Source: an uncultured Clostridia bacterium (lineage in GTDB: Bacteria > Bacillota > Clostridia > Christensenellales > Aristaeellaceae). From it: a stretch of DNA of 12,076 nt. The DNA lies in NCBI GenBank assembly GCA_934647235.1, contig CAKUFG010000042.1:1-12076 (forward strand), written 5' to 3'. The translations under genes were made by a program, and so were the position numbers. Below the pieces are notes generated by a model. The model had not been told where the DNA came from and searched no databases. It saw only the letters and a program-made list of their open reading frames with translations. Positions within the stretch are counted from its first letter, which is position 1. Each line of letters begins with the position of its first letter. Of this stretch, positions 1 to 6,800 are shown in pieces.

Positions 1-893
1 GTGCTGGCCTGTTCGCGCAGGTTGACCTTGCCGGAGGAGTTGATCTTGAGCAGCGGCATGGCGCTGGCCACATAGTTGGTGGTTAGGTATTCGGTCTTCA
101 TATAGCCTACCAGATTGCCGATGCGCACCTGGGTGAAGCCGTTATCCAGCGTGGTGAGCACTTCCACATAGACGCCGTTGTAGTACTTGCCCAGGGAAGA
201 GCTGTCGGTGGTGGGCTCGCGGCGCAGGTTCAGGCGGTCGCCCGGATAGGGGTTGTTGACGATGGCGTAGCTGGCGGGCACGGCGATGTTCCAGTTGGCG
301 GATACGTGGGAGCCAACGGGGCCGTTGTTCCAGTAGGGATTGGAGGAGGTGGTGCTGGCGGAAACGGTCTTGGCATTGAGGCTGGTCTTGGAGATGAAGC
401 CCATCAGGCCGCCTGCCTGCACATAGTACCAGCTGTCCATATCGCCCAGCACCAGCACCTGCGTGCCGTTGGCGTACAGGCCCAGCAGGTTGCTGTTATC
501 GCTGGTGAAGGTGGGGGTGGAGCGCAGCAACACGCCCTTGCCCTGACTGCTCTGCAGGCTCATGATGGGAGCGGAGGACTTGACGGCGTTGTTGATGAAG
601 TCCGTCTGCAGGAAGGCGCGCTTCACATAGCCGGTGTAATACTCGCGCACGCCGATGGGATTGACAGAGATTTTAGCCCAGGTGGCGTCATAGAAGGAGG
701 ATACGATGCAGACATAGGTGCCATTGTAGAACTTGCCAATTGCAGCAGCGCTGTCGCTGGGGCCTTCGCGCAGGGTGACGTACTTGGCCGAGGGATGGCT
801 GATCATGGCGAAGGAGTCGCCGCCGTCTGCCAGCGCGGCAGCGGGGAGGAGAAGCATCAGAACCAGCAGGATGGAAAGAATGCGTTTCATCAT
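1..893 (-). CDS. Exported protein with tandem bacterial SH3 (SH3b/SH3_3-like) repeats. The N-terminus is present and the C-terminus runs off the left edge of the window.
   Basis: My own translation of the minus strand from ATG 893 (second ATG at 890) stays open to position 1. It reads MMKRILSILLVLMLLLPAAALA/DGGD..., a typical signal peptide with an ALA cleavage site. At least four repeats of an SH3b-like pattern follow: (V/L)xLRxxPxxxSxxxGxYxNGxxVxV...W/F..V..G...GY(V/M)K. Examples are AKYVTLREGPSDSAAAIGKFYNGTYVCIV, GDRLNLRREPTTDSSSLGKYYNGVYVEVL and SGKVNLREQAS. An AAAGGA RBS lies about 9 nt upstream of ATG 893. The gene is missing from the ORF track because it has no in-window stop. Confidence 0.8.
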   Translation of the reverse strand, partial: MMKRILSILLVLMLLLPAAALADGGDSFAMISHPSAKYVTLREGPSDSAAAIGKFYNGTYVCIVSSFYDATWAKISVNPIGVREYYTGYVKRAFLQTDFINNAVKSSAPIMSLQSSQGKGVLLRSTPTFTSDNSNLLGLYANGTQVLVLGDMDSWYYVQAGGLMGFISKTSLNAKTVSASTTSSNPYWNNGPVGSHVSANWNIAVPASYAIVNNPYPGDRLNLRREPTTDSSSLGKYYNGVYVEVLTTLDNGFTQVRIGNLVGYMKTEYLTTNYVASAMPLLKINSSGKVNLREQAS

Positions 894-933
894 CGTTTTG
901 TGTCCTTTCATTTGGGTTTCACTTATAAGACGT

Positions 934-962
934 AAATCAAATGGGTTTTCATCCCATGATTT
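934..962 (-). terminator. Possible weak hairpin terminator downstream of the carboxypeptidase gene
   Basis: The minus-strand transcript reads AAATCATGGG-ATGAAAA-CCCA(TT)TGATTT. This gives about a 10-bp stem with a 2-nt bulge, ending in a short T run, 22 nt after the stop at 984. The stem is AT-rich and the tail is short. Confidence 0.3.
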
Positions 963-983
963 TCAAAAAAATTAGAAATTTTT

Positions 984-2288
984 TCATTGCTGCACTTCGC
1001 CCAGATATTCCTCCAGGCACTGGCCGCTTTGCTGCATGGCCAGGCTGTGCTCCGTGCCCACATAGCGGATGTGCCACGCCTCGCCCGCAAAGCCGGTGAT
1101 CTGCTGCTTTTCATCCGTATAGCGCAGGATAAAGCCGTATTCCCAGCAATGCTGATGCAGCCAGGTGCACTGCTTGGTGCCCAGGAACATGCTGGTGTTG
1201 GGCACCGTCATATCAAAGGCAAGGCCGGTGTGGTGCTCGCTGGCGCCGGGATCGGCTACGGTGACGCTGGCGGCCGAGCGGCAGCGCGACAGGCTCCAAT
1301 CGGGATTGTTATTCTGGAAGCTTTTGACCTTGTTGTCAAAGATGCGCTGCTGATCGGCATAGCTGCGGTAGGCGGCGCTGACCTGCCAATTGGTAATGCC
1401 GTCCGCCCTGGCGGCCTCAAGCATGCGAATCAGGGCGTCCGCCGCCTCGCGGACCCCCTGCGTGCCGTCATATTTGATTTTAACCAGCGAAGAATCGCAG
1501 TATTCCGACAGGTTCACCAGGTCGGCGGGCGCAAAGTCTGACGCAACGGGATGCTGGCGGTTGACCAGCATGGGCTGGCTGCCGGCAAGCACCTGCACGG
1601 CTGCGGGCGTGGGGGTGATCAGCATGGGCTGGGCGGCGCTGGAATAGAGCATTTCCAGCGTTTTCTGCCCGGCGATGCCGTCGTCGTCCAGCCCGTGCTG
1701 GGCCTGGAACAGCTTCACCGCCGCGCGCGTGCCCTTGCCGTAATCGCCGTCCAGCACGCCGGAATAGAAGCCCAGCTGCTGAAGCCGCGACTGCAGGGCC
1801 TTGACCTCATCGCCGCTGGAGCCGGAGGACAGCATGGCGGGCGTGGCCGAGGGGGTAGGCGTAGGCACGAAGGTCTGCGCCGATCCGGAATACAGCATGG
1901 CCAGCGTTTGTTCGCCTGCTATGCCGTCGGCCTTCAGCCCATGCTGGGCCTGGAAAGCCGTCACTGCCATCTGCGTGCCGGCGCCGTACTGGCCGTCCAC
2001 ATCGCCGCTGTAATAGCCCAGGTCCTTGAGCCGCTGCTGCAGTTGCTTTACTTCGATGCCAATGGAGTTCTTCTGCAGGATGCAGGGCGTGGGCGTGGAG
2101 GTGGGCAGGGCCGGGTCCTCCGTGATGCGCACGGTGCGCGGGGTGATGGAGGGCGTGGGCGTGATGGCTGCCTCGCGCTGATAAACGCGCTGATCCTGCA
2201 GGGCAGAAATGCCCACATACAGGATGGCGATGACCAACAGGATGATGACCGCCAGCCCCAGGTAGGATGTTCCGCCGTTTTTTCTCAT
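984..2288 (-). CDS. Membrane-anchored D-alanyl-D-alanine carboxypeptidase (peptidase M15B / VanY family) with two PG_binding_1 repeats
   Basis: The N-terminal hydrophobic anchor is YLGLAVIILLVIAILYVGISAL. Two about 60-aa peptidoglycan-binding repeats are present: EVKQLQQRLKDLGYYSGDVDGQYGAGTQMAVTAFQAQHGLKADGIAGEQTL and EVKALQSRLQQLGFYSGVLDGDYGKGTRAAVKLFQAQHGLDDDGIAGQKTL. They are separated by TPTP(S) linkers. The C-terminal VanY-type zinc motifs are SEHHTGLAFD (SxHxxGxAxD, nt 1212-1241) and EAWHIRYVG (ExxH). An AAAGGAG RBS lies upstream of ATG 2288. Confidence 0.9.
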   Translation of the reverse strand: MRKNGGTSYLGLAVIILLVIAILYVGISALQDQRVYQREAAITPTPSITPRTVRITEDPALPTSTPTPCILQKNSIGIEVKQLQQRLKDLGYYSGDVDGQYGAGTQMAVTAFQAQHGLKADGIAGEQTLAMLYSGSAQTFVPTPTPSATPAMLSSGSSGDEVKALQSRLQQLGFYSGVLDGDYGKGTRAAVKLFQAQHGLDDDGIAGQKTLEMLYSSAAQPMLITPTPAAVQVLAGSQPMLVNRQHPVASDFAPADLVNLSEYCDSSLVKIKYDGTQGVREAADALIRMLEAARADGITNWQVSAAYRSYADQQRIFDNKVKSFQNNNPDWSLSRCRSAASVTVADPGASEHHTGLAFDMTVPNTSMFLGTKQCTWLHQHCWEYGFILRYTDEKQQITGFAGEAWHIRYVGTEHSLAMQQSGQCLEEYLGEVQQ

Positions 2289-2328
2289 TTATTGTATAGC
2301 TCCTTTGGTATGGTCAAGGTACCCTGTC

Positions 2329-2357
2329 AGTATACCCTGATGCGCGGGGAATGTCAA
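2329..2357 (-). promoter_or_regulatory. Sigma-A-type promoter for the carboxypeptidase gene
   Basis: The minus strand reads TTGACA (2357-2352), a 17-nt spacer, then TATACT (2334-2329). This sits about 40 nt upstream of ATG 2288, and the -35 overlaps the stop codon of the upstream BofC-like gene. Confidence 0.6.
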
Positions 2358-2890
2358 CTTTCAAAGGTTTCAAGCCACTGCTCCACCGCCTGCGCGCTGC
2401 CGAAGCCGATGCCCAGATGCACCGTTTCCAATAAATCCTCAGGCAGGGCGGACAGGGGAATATCCAGCTGGGCCTTGAGCGCGTAGCCGTCGCCATAGGC
2501 GTTTTCATAAATGCCCAGCACGCCCGCGCCGTCGGGCATGACCACCAGATGCTCGGGGCAGTATAGCTGCATGGTGCAGCTCATTTCGATTTCCGCAGGG
2601 GAAAAGGAGGTGATCGACCAGTCGGAGAAGGCCTGCTGCATCTGCTGCAGCGTGCAGCCCTTGTATTCCTTATCGGCGGCGATGCGGCGCGTTACCTCGT
2701 GCCCGCAGCGGGCATAATGAATGGTCTGGATCAGCTGGCAGCCTTCCTCCACGTTTTCGCGGGCCTTGGCGGCGGCGCGGGTCTGCGTGCGCCCCACGGC
2801 AATCATAATCACCACGGCGGCGGCCACAGCCAGCAGCGCCGCGCCCCACAGCCGCGCGCGGCGGCTCAGTTCGTCATGCTTGGATTCCAT
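2354..2890 (-). CDS. Membrane-anchored BofC-like protein (BofC C-terminal-domain-like; putative forespore-expressed sporulation protein)
   Basis: ORF 2354..2923. I prefer ATG 2890 (MESKHDE...) because GGAGGTG lies 9 nt upstream, whereas ATG 2923 has no RBS. There is a single TM helix (LWGAALLAVAAAVVIMIAV). The C-terminal stretch YCPEHLVVMPDGAGVLGIYEN...LDIPLSALPEDLLETVHLGIGFGSAQAVEQWLETFES follows the pattern I recall for B. subtilis BofC (NGYIGVSDNGVISTF...IDLERLESHMQKNLLKGIPFRTKAEFEDVIEHMKTYS). The family call is from memory and was not searched. Confidence 0.55.
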   Translation of the reverse strand: MESKHDELSRRARLWGAALLAVAAAVVIMIAVGRTQTRAAAKARENVEEGCQLIQTIHYARCGHEVTRRIAADKEYKGCTLQQMQQAFSDWSITSFSPAEIEMSCTMQLYCPEHLVVMPDGAGVLGIYENAYGDGYALKAQLDIPLSALPEDLLETVHLGIGFGSAQAVEQWLETFES

Positions 2891-2930
2891 AAAAATATCC
2901 ACCTCCGCTGCCAGTATGCGCATTCCCGCG

Positions 2931-2960
2931 TTGCATCATACGGGAAAAGTGTGCTACAAT
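2931..2960 (+). promoter_or_regulatory. Sigma-A-type promoter with extended -10 for the HAD phosphatase gene
   Basis: TTGCAT (2931-2936), an 18-nt spacer, then TGcTACAAT (TG at 2952-2953, TACAAT at 2955-2960). This sits 20 nt upstream of ATG 2980. Confidence 0.55.
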
Positions 2961-2979
2961 AGGCGGCGAGGTGATTAAA

Positions 2980-3630
2980 ATGCCCAAGAAGGCTGTTTTG
3001 TTTGATTTGGATGGAACACTGCTCAACTCCTTGCCCGATATCAGCCGGTGCATGAATACCGTGCTGGAAAAGCACGGTCTGCCGGTGTATCCCATGCTGG
3101 ATTATCGCTATATGACCGGCAACGGCGCGCTGAAGCTGACCCAGCGCGCGCTGGGCGAGGCGCATCAGGAGCTGGAGCAGACGGTGCTGGCCGAATACGC
3201 TGCGCTGTACGCCAAGCACTGCTATGACGAATCCTATCTCTATCCCGGCATTGCCGATATGATGCAGGATCTCAAGGCTGCCGGCTATCAGCTGGTGGTG
3301 CTGAGCAACAAGGATGATCCCGATGTGGCCAGCGTGCTCCATCATTATTTTGACGAGCCGCCCTTCACCGTGATGCGCGGCCATCTGCCGGGCGTGCCGC
3401 TCAAGCCCGATCCGGCCGCCGCGCTGAACATTGCCAGGGAGCTGGGCATTGCGCCTGCGGATTTCTGGTATCTGGGCGATACGCCCACCGACCTTGCCAC
3501 CTGCCGCGGCGCAGGCATGAACTTCATTGCCGTTGCCTGGGGCTTCCGCAGCCGTGAGGAGCTGAGCGAGGCGGGCGCGGAGCGCATTGTGGATACCCCG
3601 GCGCAGGCGCTGGAATACATGCTCAAATAA
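2980..3630 (+). CDS. HAD-superfamily hydrolase, phosphoglycolate-phosphatase-like (subfamily IA)
   Basis: HAD motif I is VLFDLDGTLLNS, motif II is VVLSNK, and motif III/IV is K...YLGDTPTDL. The track start at 2971 is a GTG. ATG 2980 is preferred because GAGGTG (2967-2972) sits 7 nt upstream of it. Confidence 0.9.
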   Translation: MPKKAVLFDLDGTLLNSLPDISRCMNTVLEKHGLPVYPMLDYRYMTGNGALKLTQRALGEAHQELEQTVLAEYAALYAKHCYDESYLYPGIADMMQDLKAAGYQLVVLSNKDDPDVASVLHHYFDEPPFTVMRGHLPGVPLKPDPAAALNIARELGIAPADFWYLGDTPTDLATCRGAGMNFIAVAWGFRSREELSEAGAERIVDTPAQALEYMLK

Positions 3631-3644
3631 GATCGATTATAATA

Positions 3645-3700
3645 AAAACGGAGCTGCCTTCTGTGATTGCGTTCAATCCTGCAGCAACTCCGCTTTTTAT
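3645..3700. terminator. Probable bidirectional hairpin terminator between the convergent HAD and spoIIE genes
   Basis: The sequence is AAAAA-CGGAGCTGC...GATTG-CGTT-CAATC...GCAG(CAA)CTCCG-CTTTTT. It forms a long imperfect hairpin flanked by an A-run on the left and a T-run on the right. It lies 15 nt after the HAD stop and abuts the spoIIE stop (3697-3699). Confidence 0.5.
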
Positions 3701-6018
3701 TCGCTGCATTCGCGCTTTTGGCTTTTGCGGCGCTTGAACAGCGTGCAGCATACCGTCATATCGTCCTGCGGCACGCCGCCGCAGCGCCGCATGGCCGCGC
3801 TCATCAGCGCGGTGCACAGCGTTTCGGGGGAGCGGTGCAGGCGATCGCGCATGAACAGCTGCACCTGCCCCTCCAGCGCGCGCATGCCGCCGCAGGCGTC
3901 GGCCAGGCCGTCGGTAAACTGAATGACCATGTCGTTTTCATCCACGGCGACGCTGTGGGTGGAGGACTGCACCGCCGGCAGGATGCCCAGCGGCAGCGCG
4001 CTGCTTTCCAGCACGCGCAGGGTATCGCCGCAGATGACCATGGAAGGGCACGCGCCCAGCTTGTCCAGCGTCACCTTGCCCTGCCACAGGTCGGATACGC
4101 ACAGGTCCACCGTGGCGTATTGCTCTCCATCGGTGGAGGAAAGCATGATGCAGTTGATGGCTGACAGCGCCTGCGGCACATCGTAGCCGGAGTCCAGGCA
4201 CAGCGACAGCAATTCCAGCGTTTTCTCGCTTTCCTCGTGCGCCTGCCCGCCATGGCCCATGCCGTCGCTGAGCATGGACAGCTCCGTGCCGCCAGGCGCG
4301 GAGCGCAGCAGCAGCGAATCGCCGTTCTCGCCGCGCCCATCCCCTGCCGAAGCCGACAGGTGGTAGCACTCCACCATCAGCGGCGGGGTTTCTTCTATCT
4401 GAATGGTATCCTTGCTGCGCCGGGCGATGTGCAGCGGCAGATCCAGCTGCTGCGACAGCGCGCCGCAGTAGCGCTCCAGCATGCGCTGGGAGGTGAGCGG
4501 CGATTCAAACCGCAGCGCCAGCGAAACATGCTGATGAATGCGCAGCGCGTACAGCAGCCGCCCCGGCACGCGCATGCGGCGCAGCAGATAGGCCGCCTCG
4601 CCGATGAGCGCGTCGTCGTCGCGGTCGCAGTCGCGCCCGTCGGACAGATCGCCCATCGCCTGGGCAATGGCGGACAGATGCGTGCGCGTGGCCTCGCGCT
4701 CCCGCTGGGCATAGGCGCAGCGCAGGGCGCGCTGCTGGGCGGCGCGCTCGCAGTCCAGCGCCAGGGCGGGCCAGGCCTCCAGCCGGGGACAATCCGCCAT
4801 GCGCGCGGTGCGGTCGCCATGCAGAAAATATTCGCTTAACAGCGCCTTGGTTCCGGGGGCGTTTTCGTGCCAGCAGCGGGGCAGCAGCTCGCACCCCGTG
4901 CACATGCGCTCCATCACGTCCTCCAGCTGCTCCTCCTCATCCGGCATGCCCACGCGCACGGGCGGCAGCAGCTGGGACAAGCGCTGCAGGTTGCCCGTCC
5001 ACTGCGCACGCATGCATTGAGCGTAGGCGGAGGCATTGTCCGCAGCGTCGGGGGACATGCGCCGCACGGAGGCGTACACGGTGGATATCATCCGCCGGGG
5101 CAGCAGCAGAAAGACCGCGCAGGACAGCGCAGCAGCAGCCATGAAGCCATAATCCATGGAAAAATGCACGGCATAGCTGGTAAACGCGCCGCACAGCAGA
5201 TAGATGGCGCCGAGCACCCAGCGCTTGCGGCCATAGAATAGCCCGCATACGATGCCCGAGAAGGCGAAGCACACCGCATATCCGTCGGCATGGCCGCACA
5301 GGGACAGCGAAATGCCCGCGATCAGCCCGGCGCACACGGCGGCCGTGCAGCCGCCCACGCAGGCGGAAAGCAGAATGGCCAGGCCCGCCAGGGCGAAGCC
5401 GATATTCACCATGCCAATCGCCACCCGTCCCGCGCCGCACAGCAGCACGGCGGCCAGCACCAGGCAGCACAGCAGATCGTCAATGCGCACGCGGGCGCGG
5501 CGTTCCTGCGCCAGCGCGGCGGCGTGACAAAAGGCAGGGGTACACAGCACGCCCACGATCATCGAGACCGTGCACAGGATCATCTCCTCCTGCGTGCCGG
5601 GAGAAAGGATCATCGCAAGACACCGCAGCGACAGCGCGCAGGCAGCCCAGGCGGAGGCAATCCATACCGCCCTGGGCGGGCGGAAGCGCAGCAGCATCAG
5701 CAGCGCGCAGCCCGCGTACTGCATTGGATCGACTGCCACGCCCCAAAGCAGGCGCAGCCCCAGGCTCAGCAATAGCCCCATGGCGGGAAACAGCAGCCCC
5801 CGGCGGGTATACAGCCACGCGCACAGCGCGCACACGGCAAAGGGCGAGGGCAGGCGGAAGCACTCGCTGAGGCTGAGAAAAAAGAACAGAAAGGCTTCCC
5901 CGGATTTGCCTGCCAGGGCGGGGCCGCTTTCGCGCAGATAAAGCCGCAGCGGCAGGCGCTGCTTTTTTCTATGCGCGGCACGCTTCCTTTGTACAACCGT
6001 CTGCATGGCCTGATGCAC
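3697..6018 (-). CDS. spoIIE: Stage II sporulation protein E (SpoIIE), a polytopic membrane PP2C-type serine phosphatase
   Basis: The N-terminal third or so consists of many hydrophobic helices. The C-terminal PPM/PP2C domain carries GDSLLL...MLSDGMGHGGQAHEES...ATVDLCVSDL...VIQFTDGL. Size and architecture fit SpoIIE. The start is uncertain. The maximal ORF begins at ATG 6078, but that leaves only 28 nt to the upstream terminator and has no RBS. GTG 6018 has GGAG 10 nt upstream, and ATG 6006 is an alternative. The stop at 3697 is firm. Confidence 0.9.
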   Translation of the reverse strand: MHQAMQTVVQRKRAAHRKKQRLPLRLYLRESGPALAGKSGEAFLFFFLSLSECFRLPSPFAVCALCAWLYTRRGLLFPAMGLLLSLGLRLLWGVAVDPMQYAGCALLMLLRFRPPRAVWIASAWAACALSLRCLAMILSPGTQEEMILCTVSMIVGVLCTPAFCHAAALAQERRARVRIDDLLCCLVLAAVLLCGAGRVAIGMVNIGFALAGLAILLSACVGGCTAAVCAGLIAGISLSLCGHADGYAVCFAFSGIVCGLFYGRKRWVLGAIYLLCGAFTSYAVHFSMDYGFMAAAALSCAVFLLLPRRMISTVYASVRRMSPDAADNASAYAQCMRAQWTGNLQRLSQLLPPVRVGMPDEEEQLEDVMERMCTGCELLPRCWHENAPGTKALLSEYFLHGDRTARMADCPRLEAWPALALDCERAAQQRALRCAYAQREREATRTHLSAIAQAMGDLSDGRDCDRDDDALIGEAAYLLRRMRVPGRLLYALRIHQHVSLALRFESPLTSQRMLERYCGALSQQLDLPLHIARRSKDTIQIEETPPLMVECYHLSASAGDGRGENGDSLLLRSAPGGTELSMLSDGMGHGGQAHEESEKTLELLSLCLDSGYDVPQALSAINCIMLSSTDGEQYATVDLCVSDLWQGKVTLDKLGACPSMVICGDTLRVLESSALPLGILPAVQSSTHSVAVDENDMVIQFTDGLADACGGMRALEGQVQLFMRDRLHRSPETLCTALMSAAMRRCGGVPQDDMTVCCTLFKRRKSQKRECSE

Positions 6019-6054
6019 GGCTGTCACGCTCCATATGCTGTGATTGTATACAGC

Positions 6055-6110
6055 AGTATACGCGCAGGGCGGGAGCATCCGCGTCGAAGCGGCGCGCGAG
6101 ATACGTCAAA
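6055..6110 (-). promoter_or_regulatory. Candidate spoIIE promoter region with two Spo0A-box-like heptamers
   Basis: The minus strand has -10 TATACT (6060-6055). A -35-like TTCGAC lies 22 nt upstream (6088-6083). Its plus-strand form CGTCGAA (6082-6088) matches the 0A box TGTCGAA at 6 of 7 positions. A second copy, CGTCAAA (6104-6110), lies 22 bp away. Confidence 0.35.
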
Positions 6111-6140
6111 ATAGCAAAATCCCGCGCGAAAAAGCGCGGG
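6107..6140 (-). terminator. Rho-independent terminator ending the helicase/DUF4364/ispDF/zinc-ribbon transcription unit
   Basis: The minus-strand RNA reads CCCGCGC-UUUUUC-GCGCGGG followed by AUUUUGCUAUUUUG. This is a 7-bp all-GC stem (6121-6127 with 6134-6140) plus a U-rich tail. It lies about 70 nt downstream of the stop at 6213. Confidence 0.72.
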
Positions 6141-6212
6141 AAATGCATGGACGCGGGCAAAGCCGCAGCCAAGGAGGAAAAACGAACGTCAGGCCCAGCC
6201 TGCCGCCGCGCC

Positions 6213-6728
6213 TTAAAGCAGCTCCTCCATCCGGTTCAGCCGGCGCAGGGCCTTGCCCAGCCCCAGCGTCCACAGGCCGGGCAGGGCGGCGATTGCTGCG
6301 GCGGTCAGCGCAAGGGGGATATAGATCAGCAGCTTTATAAAGGCCGACAGCGCGGCCAGGTCGTCAAAAATCAGCCCCAGCACGGCGGCGGATACCGCAT
6401 CGTATTGCCGCCAGGCCAGCAGCAGCGTCAGCGCGGCCATCACGATGGCCAGCACCCTGCCCAGCAGCATGAAGCCGCGCCCGGCGCGCACATGCGAAAA
6501 GTCGGCATAGTAGGCCGTCTGCGGGGCGACCACATTGGCGTGCGCGGGGACGGCGGGCTCGCCCGAGGGCATCACCCGCTGCTGCACGGGCGCGGTGTAG
6601 GCTGCGGCGTTGCGCGCCGGGGCGGCGCTGCCCGAGCCAAAGCGCCCCGCGCTGCGGGCGGCCCCGCACTTGGGGCAGATGGTGTAGGTATCTTCATTTA
6701 CGGCGTTGCATTTGATGCAGGTCCACAT
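6213..6728 (-). CDS. Zinc-ribbon domain membrane protein of unknown function
   Basis: MWTCIKCNAVNEDTYTICPKCGAARS is a CxxC...CxxC zinc ribbon. An Ala/Pro-rich linker follows, then C-terminal hydrophobic helices (FMLLGRVLAIVMAALTLLLAW and LIYIPLALTAAAIAALPGLWTLGL). ATG 6728 is preferred over the track start at 6800 because the zinc ribbon begins there and GGGAG lies upstream. Confidence 0.7.
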   Translation of the reverse strand: MWTCIKCNAVNEDTYTICPKCGAARSAGRFGSGSAAPARNAAAYTAPVQQRVMPSGEPAVPAHANVVAPQTAYYADFSHVRAGRGFMLLGRVLAIVMAALTLLLAWRQYDAVSAAVLGLIFDDLAALSAFIKLLIYIPLALTAAAIAALPGLWTLGLGKALRRLNRMEELL

Positions 6729-6800
6729 TGGTACTTCACGCTCCCATGGTTCATTCGTATGCCTATATAACGAATCAGGATGGTAAGTTCTTGCATTCAA

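Noticed and set aside
306-935. Track ORF of 209 aa on the plus strand (and 733..975)
   Set aside because: It translates to Gly/Ala/Val-rich low-complexity sequence and has no RBS. It lies exactly antisense to a well-behaved signal-peptide/SH3b-repeat ORF, so it is a high-GC shadow ORF.
987-2486. Plus-strand track ORFs 987..1541, 1390..1647 and 1551..2486 (up to 311 aa)
   Set aside because: They lie antisense to the VanY/PG-binding gene, whose motifs are unambiguous. Their products are Gly/Arg/Ala/Leu-rich with no recognisable motifs.
3623-6172. Numerous 60-200-aa ORFs on both strands within the spoIIE span (e.g. 3667..4164, 4237..4839, 4937..5470, 5290..5775)
   Set aside because: All overlap the SpoIIE frame, which has a coherent TM region plus a PP2C domain. 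The alternative frames give Arg/Ala/Pro/Gly-rich sequence typical of off-frame GC-rich DNA.
6147-6770. Plus-strand 207-aa ORF, with an AAGGAGG at 6171-6177 that looks like an RBS
   Set aside because: The AAGGAGG lies downstream of the ORF's own ATG, and no start codon follows it at a usable distance. The ORF is antisense to the zinc-ribbon gene and its product is low-complexity.
6753-6775. Hairpin ATTCGT-11 nt-ACGAAT between ispDF and the zinc-ribbon gene, as a possible terminator or attenuator
   Set aside because: The stem is only 6 bp and AT-rich, the loop is 11 nt, and no U-tract follows on the minus strand.
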